Below are positions 37,715-46,381 of a DNA stretch of 64,000 nt, piece by piece (the stretch's first letter is position 1; every line of letters starts with the position of its first letter). A program made the position numbers and the translations under genes. The notes under the pieces are model-generated. The model was not told the origin of the DNA. It searched no databases and worked only from the letters and a program-made list of their open reading frames with translations. Source of the stretch: a virus (taxonomy: Duplodnaviria > Caudoviricetes). The stretch lies in IMG/VR virus record IMGVR_UViG_3300034161_000008, positions 64,001 through 128,000 of that record. One strand, 5' to 3'.

Positions 37715-38371
37715 TCAGTCCTTCACTTCTTCGAAAAGGGTGCCATCGCCAGCCAAGCCGTGATCGGCACTAACGGGCAAAGAAAAAGAGCCAGCGTCAG
37801 GAGCAGCAGGATCAACCACCACAGGCTTGATAGCTTGCTTGAAACGCGCCACGAGCGATGCGAACGTAAGGAGGCTCTGCATGGATTGCAAAATCTCTTC
37901 GCTGAAGTTACCGGATTCCACCAGTACATTCAGTTCGTCCACAGTGTAGTGGCGATCGCCCAACAGGATTGCGATCTTGTGTGCAGGTTTGCTGGTCAGT
38001 GCACGAGCCAGGTTCTTCTCGGCCACCGTAGGTTCCACGTACGGGGCGATGTCCATTGGCTGCGCGTACGAAGATTGATCTGGACGGAAGTTGTCGATAG
38101 CGTCGGTGGTATCGGTCTGCATGGTTGCGTGGGCAGCCAACTGCAAACGAATAGCGTCGATGTCACGACCGGAGACCTCAGCCAGATCACCAGAGTTCAC
38201 GTGAGACTTGAGCGCATCGGCGCAATTGATCTGTGGGCTAAACAAACCGCCCTTCATGATCTCCAAACCACCGAAGACCATTTGACCCACAGCACGTCGT
38301 TGTTCAAACGTGCCACCTACCACAACAACATTCAGAGCAGACAACGCCCCATCCTTCTTTTGCCCAGCCAT
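37715..38371 (-). CDS. Paralog-array protein 1
   Basis: LNVVVVGG...RRAVGQMVFGGL; RBS GGAGG. Confidence 0.75.
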   Translation of the reverse strand: MAGQKKDGALSALNVVVVGGTFEQRRAVGQMVFGGLEIMKGGLFSPQINCADALKSHVNSGDLAEVSGRDIDAIRLQLAAHATMQTDTTDAIDNFRPDQSSYAQPMDIAPYVEPTVAEKNLARALTSKPAHKIAILLGDRHYTVDELNVLVESGNFSEEILQSMQSLLTFASLVARFKQAIKPVVVDPAAPDAGSFSLPVSADHGLAGDGTLFEEVKD

Positions 38372-38381
38372 AAAGCCTCCA

Positions 38382-38413
38382 CGTCATAGAACCTGCCGAG
38401 TCGCCCCGGCAGG
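38382..38413 (-). terminator. Hairpin followed by TATG (minus strand) upstream of paralog array
   Basis: cgtcatagaa CCTGCCG agtcgccc CGGCAGG. Confidence 0.6.
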
Positions 38414-38422
38414 CTCAGTGTT

Positions 38423-40426
38423 TTAGTTGACTACCGACATCAGGTAGAAGTCTTTACCGACGTGACCACGAGTCACTTCGATAACCTTCAGATCGTTGGT
38501 CAGGATCAGGTGACGTGCGAACTCAGCTTCCACATTGTCAGCACGATCGAAGATCCCGTGGACCAGAGCGTAGATCTCTGGAACCATCGAATCCAACACC
38601 GCTACAGCCAGGCCGTCTTGAAGTTCCACTTCCAGATCGTGGCTCATGCAGTCCAGCACAGTAAAGCTGGTTTCCTGAGTCAGATAGGTCAGGCAGATGC
38701 CTTCGATACCTGCCAGCAGTTGCTCGTCCATCATCTTGCGCTGGTCTTCCGGAATGGTGGCCAGTGCAGTACGGATGGTGCTTTCTTGGTTGGCTTGGAA
38801 CGCCTGGAAGATCACAGAGCCTTTCTTCTCGACGTAAGTGAACAGCTGACCGATGTCGTCGCTGAAACGCTCGATGTCGATACCCAGGCTGAGGTTCTTG
38901 CGCAATACGCGGTTGATGGTCTCAGTCATGGTTTGGTCGATCAGATACCACAGGCTGTCCGGGATATCGCCCTTGAGTGCCTTGAGCTTCTCAGCCAGAC
39001 CGACGTAAGTCTCTACGCCACCCAGACGGACAAGCTGCGCGGTGTGATCTTCCTTGGCGGAAGTGATCTGCAACACGCTGCCGTAGCTTTCGAATGCCAG
39101 GAGGTCTTTGCCTTCTTTCATGCACGCTGCTTGGTGAGCCAGACGTACATTCAGAATAGCCGCTTCCATCGACGTGCTGAGTTTCCACTCAGTGTCAATC
39201 CAGACCGGTACGACTTCGTCGACGCCTTCAACAGGAGGAACGTCAGAGATCATGTCAGCGTGGTTCAATGCTTTCACATCAGCCCACACGTCATCCATGT
39301 CCTTGGCGCCCATTTTCTGCACTTTGGCTGCCGGGCCAAACACGCCGCCCATGTTGTGCTGTTTCCAGTCCATCATAGCTTGCGTCAACTCCTTAACAAC
39401 GATGCCTACGGTGCCATCAGCGAAGATCTGATGGAACAGCAGGTGGGTGGATGGATTGTAAGCAGGCAGGTACGGTTGCACTGCATTCGGACGCCAGATT
39501 TCTTCGGAGTCCACGGCAGGGATCAGGAAGCTACCGTCTTGCAGCACGGTGAGCAATTCGTGGTCGGCGTACTGCGCTGGTACATTGTTGGTTTTCACTG
39601 GTGCCACTTCCTTGGCCACGGGAGCCTTAGCGTGAGTTGCGTGAGCCTGACGGATCGCTGCTGGCTGCTGGAGAGGCTGTCCTGCTTCGAACGTGACCTC
39701 TTCCATGCCTTGGCCTACCTTGTTAGCGTAACGGTCTACACGACCGCCTGGGCCACGTACAGCTGGACCTTGCGCTGGTGCACCACCGTACAACGACGCT
39801 TGCTGACCCTGACCGGTCAGAGAAACGCCGTTTGGAGCCTGGCGCACGAAGTTATTCGGTGCGTGTGGCTGCTGTTGCTGGAAGTTCTGGTTCTGCACAA
39901 ACCCTGCTGGCTGTTGTGCCTGCTGAGCCTGAGCCGATTTCATCTGCGTGATTTCTGCACCGGTCTGACGGAACGCTTGCACCAGTTGGTTGACCGCATC
40001 CGAAGATTGCGCTGGTACGTAAGCTTGCAGGCCGGGGTAGGTGTACACGTTTGCCGCGGCAATCATTTCGATTACACGAGGTACGCAGATGGCTGCCGCA
40101 CTGCCCGGATCAGAATGCTGACGCTTCATGATCTGGAGTTGGATGTAGTCACACGCCGCAGCAACAGTATCCGCGAACTCTTGGTTCATGAAGTTGTTCT
40201 GCGAGTTCAGGTTGAACATGAAGCAACGCATCGAGTTGTTCTGCGCCGTCTGCTGAATCTCTACAGCACAGCAGCCTGCGATATACGCCACGAACGTCTG
40301 CATATACGGAGGTACTTGTAGCTGTGGCACGAACGGCGGATTCTGAGGGTTGATGTTCAGAAACGGCGTGATCAACGAATCAGCTGGAACAGGTAACTGC
40401 GCTTGCATCTGGCCTTGAGGAAACAT
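38423..40426 (-). CDS. Conserved jumbo-phage protein downstream of nvRNAP subunit, with Gln/Pro-rich region
   Basis: 667 aa, strong codon bias, Q/P/A low-complexity middle segment. Confidence 0.8.
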   Translation of the reverse strand: MFPQGQMQAQLPVPADSLITPFLNINPQNPPFVPQLQVPPYMQTFVAYIAGCCAVEIQQTAQNNSMRCFMFNLNSQNNFMNQEFADTVAAACDYIQLQIMKRQHSDPGSAAAICVPRVIEMIAAANVYTYPGLQAYVPAQSSDAVNQLVQAFRQTGAEITQMKSAQAQQAQQPAGFVQNQNFQQQQPHAPNNFVRQAPNGVSLTGQGQQASLYGGAPAQGPAVRGPGGRVDRYANKVGQGMEEVTFEAGQPLQQPAAIRQAHATHAKAPVAKEVAPVKTNNVPAQYADHELLTVLQDGSFLIPAVDSEEIWRPNAVQPYLPAYNPSTHLLFHQIFADGTVGIVVKELTQAMMDWKQHNMGGVFGPAAKVQKMGAKDMDDVWADVKALNHADMISDVPPVEGVDEVVPVWIDTEWKLSTSMEAAILNVRLAHQAACMKEGKDLLAFESYGSVLQITSAKEDHTAQLVRLGGVETYVGLAEKLKALKGDIPDSLWYLIDQTMTETINRVLRKNLSLGIDIERFSDDIGQLFTYVEKKGSVIFQAFQANQESTIRTALATIPEDQRKMMDEQLLAGIEGICLTYLTQETSFTVLDCMSHDLEVELQDGLAVAVLDSMVPEIYALVHGIFDRADNVEAEFARHLILTNDLKVIEVTRGHVGKDFYLMSVVN

Positions 40427-40461
40427 GTTTCATCCTTCTTGATTTTTTAGCGATCAACTCG

Positions 40462-42105
40462 TCAGTTGCCGCGGGTTATGTCGTGTTGCACTTGATCGAG
40501 CATTGGTGCTAGTTCTGGGTCTCTCAGTAAGACACCCTGCGAGTCGATCTTGCTGACCAAATTCAGTCGGCTTCGACCAGACGGCTCACTCTTCGGTAAG
40601 AACGAATAGCCACAGTGCTCAGCTACACTTACGTGCAGGCGCTTCGATGGATCTCCCAATACCACTTTCGCTTTCCGGCTACCCTGTCGACTGGAGTTGG
40701 ATTGCGGCACCAGATTACAAGTTACCTTGAACGCCAGATTGTCTCCTGAGCTACTGATGTTCGAGACTTCCCCGTGACCTTTGGTGATCGAATAGATCAA
40801 CCCGGTACGTAGTGTTGAGTTCATTGTTGCGATGACTTCTTTCAAAGTCATTTCTTTCTTGATGCCCATCTTCGCTGCTGCGTCTTTATCGGACGCTGCC
40901 TTCAAACGGAACATCATCTTCACCGCTGCCGATGAGATTTCATACATCACGTAGTACAACACTTTCAGCTGCTTGTCGTACACGCTGTTGATCTTATTCG
41001 CAGAGCCCAGAATCCAGTCACTGAAGTTCTCAATGATAATCCCGAACAACGCGTACAGATCTTTCACCGGACAGCCAATCTGCTTGAGCTCTTCGTCCAC
41101 CAGCGTATCGATGTACTCGTCCAAGGACACCAAGTGTTTGTCCATCTCTTTGATCAGCCAACCTTCAGGCAAAGCGCCTGACCAGATGACGTGACCCATC
41201 AGGATCTTCCACAGCGTACGGGACTTAAAGAACTCAGGCTTGCAGCGTGCGGCGAAGTGATCGATTACATAGAACGCACCGCCAACCAACGCAGACACCA
41301 TCGGCGACCAGTCTTCCTTACGGATCGCGATCTTGACGTTTGTCGTAGCTTGGTGACCACGCCCAAGGCCCTTGAGAGGCATCTTGCGCGACTCACACAC
41401 CACCCAGTGCTCCTGAGGGTGAGTACGTTCATTGATCTCGACATCAGTACCCACCACGGGGGTACACTTCCCAAACATCTGGAAGGTTTCGTAGAACCCA
41501 TACTTGCAGAACAAGTAGTGAGTCAGTGCACACTTCATGTTGACAGTGGGCTTGATCTTTTTCATCTTCGCGTTCTTGTGGTAGATGGTGGAGTTAGCCA
41601 CCTTCTCAGTACGCGTCACTCCGTTCATGAAGAAGCTGTGACCCACCACTTCAAAAGTAAGTCGGTCACGCAGCAAACGAACGAAGATACTGCTAACGCC
41701 GATCGAGATCACGCGATCAGAGATCACTGGGGAGATGTTGAAGCGCGAACCCCCCAGCGTAATGTTACCGCCGACTGAAACAAACGGCAGAGCAAGGTAG
41801 CGAATGATTTTCTCGCCCTTGTATTCAAACAGCAACTTGATGTAGTAAATGTCACTGCGAGCAACGTCGTATTGGCGCTTGATGCGCTTACGTGTAATCT
41901 CGTTGTATTCTTCCTGCGGACTGCAAGGCATCCAACCCAGATACTTAAAGCCCTCTGGATACCCTTTGGCGGTGGACACGAAGACATTATCGACGTAAGA
42001 CTCTACGTGCTTCATGTGCTCGGTAGCCAGACCGTTAGCCAGCAACGGATTCAGCTGCGGAGTGTCTTCTCGAATCAGCCGCTTTAACTCAACGTCCATA
42101 CCCAT
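40462..42105 (-). CDS. Non-virion RNA polymerase beta-subunit N-terminal part (phiKZ gp123-like)
   Basis: PQLNPLLANGLA...CSPQEEY...SDIYY...YLALPFV..GG.ITLGGS.F.ISPVISDRVIS; size and position near the major capsid gene. Confidence 0.8.
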   Translation of the reverse strand: MGMDVELKRLIREDTPQLNPLLANGLATEHMKHVESYVDNVFVSTAKGYPEGFKYLGWMPCSPQEEYNEITRKRIKRQYDVARSDIYYIKLLFEYKGEKIIRYLALPFVSVGGNITLGGSRFNISPVISDRVISIGVSSIFVRLLRDRLTFEVVGHSFFMNGVTRTEKVANSTIYHKNAKMKKIKPTVNMKCALTHYLFCKYGFYETFQMFGKCTPVVGTDVEINERTHPQEHWVVCESRKMPLKGLGRGHQATTNVKIAIRKEDWSPMVSALVGGAFYVIDHFAARCKPEFFKSRTLWKILMGHVIWSGALPEGWLIKEMDKHLVSLDEYIDTLVDEELKQIGCPVKDLYALFGIIIENFSDWILGSANKINSVYDKQLKVLYYVMYEISSAAVKMMFRLKAASDKDAAAKMGIKKEMTLKEVIATMNSTLRTGLIYSITKGHGEVSNISSSGDNLAFKVTCNLVPQSNSSRQGSRKAKVVLGDPSKRLHVSVAEHCGYSFLPKSEPSGRSRLNLVSKIDSQGVLLRDPELAPMLDQVQHDITRGN

Positions 42106-42115
42106 GCGGATAGCC

Positions 42116-43294
42116 CTACAGAAATGCTTTTACCGCCATCACTATCGCACTCAAACCCATCACGGCAGTCGGCAGGGTCTTGATGACCTCGCTACTGTCT
42201 TTGCGGGTGTATGACCTTGACTCGTAATGGTCCTTGACTTCGAGCCGTCTGAGCTCTATGTCATGGAGTTGGCGTTCGCGTATGCGTGCAAACTCTGCTT
42301 GCTGTTGTGTTCGTATTTCTTCATTGGCTTTAGACTCCTGCTCCCGTTCTATTTTCTCAAGATCAAACCGATGTTTCTGAGCAGTCACCTGATGTTTCAA
42401 TTCGGCGAGCAGCTGTTCTTTCTCGGTTTCTTGAAGCTTGAGTTTGTGGCTTGCATCACCTCTAGTAGTCGCCTCCTCGAAGCTACTAAAGATTCCTAGG
42501 TCACCCAAGTCCCCGGATGACCCAACACGCCTGACAGTGTCGTGGACTTCGCCGAACTCATCTATCGAGCCTGAGGTTCGGACATAAATCCCATCCCGAC
42601 GACCATAGGCTGGAGTCGGATTAATTGGAAACACGCTGCCGTTTATGTTCACGAACCGAGTCCCCATACGGCCTGTGTTGTCCACGATCTCAAGGTTGTA
42701 TGTAAAACCCCGTGTGGAGTAATTCCCATGAGTATCTTGAACGTACTGAGTCTTCCCTACATCGCTATACGGATGGTCTGGAGTATCAGCAGCAGGCAGG
42801 ATAGATACGACCTGATCCAGTTCGCTATAGTAAACTGCACCGCCGTATTTTTTCAACGTCTCCATCGTAACTGGATAGTCAACAGTCAGCAAAGTACCCC
42901 CATGACGGGATTTGGATGACTGCACTTCAATTGCTTCTTTCATCGCTTTCAGTTCGACATTAGAGTCATCCCGAATACGGCTTAACAACTTCCCTACATC
43001 GATGCTCACCCAAGGGGCTAATGAAATCTCCACTCGGATTACAAATGTTTCCCCGAACCTTTCGGCTCCTGACGATGGGATAGAAAAGCTAAACCCAGAT
43101 CGCCACCCTATTACAACATCGGTGTACAAGTTGTTAATGTAGGACACTCTATACTCAACGGGACTTCGTCCTTGTCGAGGGCCTGAAAGTGGTCCCCCCA
43201 CGGTCGGTTGACCATGGTACACTTTTGGCGGAGAGTTTCTTCTGAAGGAAGTCATTAGACTATTACTTTCCCATGCACACAACAGATCCAGCAT
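42116..43294 (-). CDS. Conserved hypothetical protein (phiKZ gp122-like) with C-terminal coiled coil
   Basis: Lies between the capsid and nvRNAP genes; ends in YESRSY.RKDSSE.IK..P plus a hydrophobic tail; start uncertain. Confidence 0.7.
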   Translation of the reverse strand: MLDLLCAWESNSLMTSFRRNSPPKVYHGQPTVGGPLSGPRQGRSPVEYRVSYINNLYTDVVIGWRSGFSFSIPSSGAERFGETFVIRVEISLAPWVSIDVGKLLSRIRDDSNVELKAMKEAIEVQSSKSRHGGTLLTVDYPVTMETLKKYGGAVYYSELDQVVSILPAADTPDHPYSDVGKTQYVQDTHGNYSTRGFTYNLEIVDNTGRMGTRFVNINGSVFPINPTPAYGRRDGIYVRTSGSIDEFGEVHDTVRRVGSSGDLGDLGIFSSFEEATTRGDASHKLKLQETEKEQLLAELKHQVTAQKHRFDLEKIEREQESKANEEIRTQQQAEFARIRERQLHDIELRRLEVKDHYESRSYTRKDSSEVIKTLPTAVMGLSAIVMAVKAFL

Positions 43295-43367
43295 CCACTG
43301 GTTCTACAGCAGTACGATAGTCGTTTAGGTCCTTATAGTTGAAATTACACCGTCTGCTGTCACTTAA

Positions 43368-43377
43368 GTAATAAGTA
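43368..43377 (-). promoter_or_regulatory. Putative early (virion RNAP) promoter TACTTATTAC
   Basis: Intergenic, upstream of the gp122-like/nvRNAP operon; resembles phiKZ early consensus TATATTAC. Confidence 0.6.
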
Positions 43378-43395
43378 ATTGAACTGAGTTTCACT

Positions 43396-43440
43396 GCGGC
43401 ATAAACCCCATCTCCAAGGATTGCTCCAAGGAGATGGGGA
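43396..43440 (-). terminator. Hairpin plus TTATGCCGC after major capsid gene
   Basis: gcggcataaa CCCCATCTCC ... GGAGATGGGG. Confidence 0.75.
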
Positions 43441-43477
43441 AGCCCCTTGAGCCTAGCCTAACGGCAAGGTTCTTGGA

Positions 43478-45685
43478 TTACACGCTATGCATGTTGACAG
43501 CGATCTTCTCCGACATTACGTCGGGGATACCACTCACATCGAGCGCCGCCATGATTGGAAGGTGCGTGATGTGGAGGAAAGAAGGCTGAACAGTCAGCTC
43601 CTTGCTGTTCGCACCGTTGCGGTGCAGTGGCAGAACCAGAGTCAGCTCCGGCTTCCAACCCATGTTACCGAAGTGCATTGGGTTAGGGATGCCATCGAAG
43701 CCTTCGCCGAACGCGCCGAAGGACATGATGATCTTGCCGCGCATTTTCTTGTTCAGCGTCGAAACGATGCGCAGGTCCAGACCACCGCCCAGAGTACGCA
43801 GGTCACCCGAGATTTGCAGGTAACGAGCGATCACCGGATCAGTACCCAGGATGACGACAGGTGGTGGCGCAACGCCGCCGGCCAGTGCGTCAGCAGCAGC
43901 TTTGTAACCCGAGTCGCGATACATGCGGAAAGCCATGTCGCGGATCTTGTTAACCAGAACTGCCTGGGTGTCTTGTGCACGTTCGTGCGACTTGATGCTG
44001 TCGATGATTTCGTCGACTTTCAGCTCTTCGAACTCGTAGAACGCGCTGACGAGGTAGGAAGCAACGCCCATGATTTCTGGCGAAGTACCAACGGTGTCTT
44101 TGCTGTCGACGTATTCGCTCAGCACGCTTTGTACGCGCAGCAGCTCGTCCACAGCAGCGTTGCTGGTGCGGATGTGAGTTGCGGTGACCAGAGCAGCCAG
44201 GTCGGAACTGTCATTGGCGTCGCCAATGGTCAGAGGACGTGGAATGGTGATCGGCGAACGCAGCGGGATGGTGTAAACCTGGCTGTAGAAAGTGGTGTCC
44301 AGAAGCTGGCCACGCTCACGACGGTTCAGGTTGGTACGCTGGGCAGCGAGGTCGTAACCTACGGCCGAAGCGTTGTCGAACAGAGCGGCGATGGTTGCAC
44401 CAGGACCGGAGTCCAGGGACAGCACGGTGCCGTCTTTGTCGGTAACACGGGTAACGACGATCGCGCCGGAGAACACGTTGGTCTCAGCCAGTTCCAGGTT
44501 CACAGAACCGGAAACTTTGATGCCCAGACGAACGGAGTATTCACCGGAAACCAGCGAAGCCAGCAGCGCAGAATCGCTGTTGTCAGCTTGTTTGGTTTTG
44601 CTGGAGACCAGCAGGCTATCGGTAGAGAACGCGAGGTTCATCATGCGATAGTTGCCCTGCACCGCGTAGGTGAAGGTCGACAGCGGGCTGCGGTCGGTGC
44701 TGAAGCGCAGCAGTTCGTCGTCAGCGGCAGTGGCGCCCGGCAGTTTGACGTACAGAGCGGTCAGGCTGATCGCGGTATCGATCGAGTCGGTGCTGTCCAG
44801 CAGGCCGGTTTCCAGCAGAGCTTCGGTCTGGGAAATACCCAACAGGCTGAAGGTCGCGCCCATTTTCAGAGCGGAAGTCGAAACTTCTTCAGCGCCGACG
44901 TACACGTTCTTCGGAGTCAGCAACGTGTTGGACACGAAGTGCTTGGCCGATTCGGTGCGGTAGATCGGAACGATGTTGGTCTGATCGTTGCGCAGGATCG
45001 AGCTGTCGATGACGGCTTCGATGATGTTGCGCTTGCCGAAGTCTTTGTAGTCGCCGGAGATCTGGCGACGAACTTCGTCGTACACGGTGATCAGACGGAT
45101 CGAGATGGCGAAGCCAACTTGGTCCGGGGTCACAACGACGGTAGGGAAGAACAGCTCGCCGAACTCGTCTTGACGAGCGGCTTGCATGTTGTACGCAACC
45201 GAGTAGGTCACGGCGTTCTTGTTTTCTTTCTCGTCGTACGCTTCCAGCGCGACTTTCATACGCGCCGAGAATACGTCAGGGGTGCCCAGGTTGGACAGGT
45301 TGACGAAGGTCATGTGCTCGGTGCTGACCTGGTTGGCCATCACGGTCGGAGCGTGCAGGAAAGCTTTGATGTCGCCAGCCATGATACCGGCAGCCATCGC
45401 TGCGTCGATCTGGGACTTCTGGTACTTCACGCCTGGAGCAGCGGAAGCAGCGATGCCTTCCAGAGCAGTGGTCAGGCCAGTAGCGGCGCTTTCGATTTCG
45501 GCTTGCATGCTGGCGTCGATGGATTCCATCGAGATGGCGGCGCGTGCAACACTGCCCTCAACCAGTTTAGAACCACCAGCGTTTACTCGGTCCTGGATGC
45601 CGGTGATCATCTTGTCAAGGATGGTCAGTGGCATGTTTGGCTGAGAGCCTGCTTGGCTTTTTGCCTTATGGGAGAAGATCGACAT
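43478..45685 (-). CDS. Major capsid protein (phiKZ gp120-like)
   Basis: About 735 aa with extreme codon bias; ALEAYDEKENK maturation site; YNMQAARQDEFGELFFPTVVV and NRRERGQLL...Y.IPLRSPI. Confidence 0.9.
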   Translation of the reverse strand: MSIFSHKAKSQAGSQPNMPLTILDKMITGIQDRVNAGGSKLVEGSVARAAISMESIDASMQAEIESAATGLTTALEGIAASAAPGVKYQKSQIDAAMAAGIMAGDIKAFLHAPTVMANQVSTEHMTFVNLSNLGTPDVFSARMKVALEAYDEKENKNAVTYSVAYNMQAARQDEFGELFFPTVVVTPDQVGFAISIRLITVYDEVRRQISGDYKDFGKRNIIEAVIDSSILRNDQTNIVPIYRTESAKHFVSNTLLTPKNVYVGAEEVSTSALKMGATFSLLGISQTEALLETGLLDSTDSIDTAISLTALYVKLPGATAADDELLRFSTDRSPLSTFTYAVQGNYRMMNLAFSTDSLLVSSKTKQADNSDSALLASLVSGEYSVRLGIKVSGSVNLELAETNVFSGAIVVTRVTDKDGTVLSLDSGPGATIAALFDNASAVGYDLAAQRTNLNRRERGQLLDTTFYSQVYTIPLRSPITIPRPLTIGDANDSSDLAALVTATHIRTSNAAVDELLRVQSVLSEYVDSKDTVGTSPEIMGVASYLVSAFYEFEELKVDEIIDSIKSHERAQDTQAVLVNKIRDMAFRMYRDSGYKAAADALAGGVAPPPVVILGTDPVIARYLQISGDLRTLGGGLDLRIVSTLNKKMRGKIIMSFGAFGEGFDGIPNPMHFGNMGWKPELTLVLPLHRNGANSKELTVQPSFLHITHLPIMAALDVSGIPDVMSEKIAVNMHSV

Positions 45686-45737
45686 GATTAATGCTTTCCT
45701 TACAGTTGTAGACAAGGTGTTGGGGGGCTTTTTTACT

Positions 45738-46295
45738 TCACACTATTACGGTTTTATTCGACAATAGCTGAAGGTATTGCTTGAAGAGCTCGGACCGTGC
45801 CACCGCGTGATGCGAATCGTACGCATAAAATACGCGGAGGACGGACTCAATGAGGCTGAGCGAAGTATCGCTGTACTCCTCCCCATCTACAAAATAACCT
45901 GGGTAGATCACGGCAGCGCCGATACTCGGACTCAAGTCATAAGTAATAAATGGTTTTGTGTAACGCTCGTCTCGGCTCTCCATCGAAAACAAGCGGTTCT
46001 TCAGGTCAGACTGAACGCTGCCGTCCATGCTGAGCATGTCGATTCGGGACACCTCCGATTTTTGTTCAGCAGTCGCCGAATCAAACCATGCCGACCGAAG
46101 GGTCAGGCTGGACTGGTCAGGAATACTGGCGCCATAACATAGCGCTTCAAAACACTCCATAGCCAAGCAACCGGCGAGGTCGTTGACGGAGAACAGGCCT
46201 CGGATCTTCTGGAAGTCGAGCACATCCACTAACTGGAGTTTGTGTCGGTTCAGAGTATCCTGTACCCAGTGCGGGATTAACACTACCTTTTTCAT
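45738..46295 (-). CDS. Virion protein upstream of major capsid gene (phiKZ gp119-like)
   Basis: Synteny dnaB - small gene - capsid; 185 aa. Confidence 0.65.
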   Translation of the reverse strand: MKKVVLIPHWVQDTLNRHKLQLVDVLDFQKIRGLFSVNDLAGCLAMECFEALCYGASIPDQSSLTLRSAWFDSATAEQKSEVSRIDMLSMDGSVQSDLKNRLFSMESRDERYTKPFITYDLSPSIGAAVIYPGYFVDGEEYSDTSLSLIESVLRVFYAYDSHHAVARSELFKQYLQLLSNKTVIV

Positions 46296-46381
46296 GGTGT
46301 GCTGAGTTCCTATGGCGGTAAAGAAATAATCGAGACCTCAGATGCTATAGGTCTTAATAGGCGAACGGATCAATCATAAAG

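Noticed and set aside
43487-45691. 734-aa ORF on the plus strand antisense to the major capsid gene (likewise 15878-17902, 33132-34616, 38462-40321, 55921-57909 and 60075-61709)
   Set aside because: These are shadow ORFs produced by strong codon bias of the real genes. They have no RBS, no recognisable motifs and V/G/R/Q-skewed composition.
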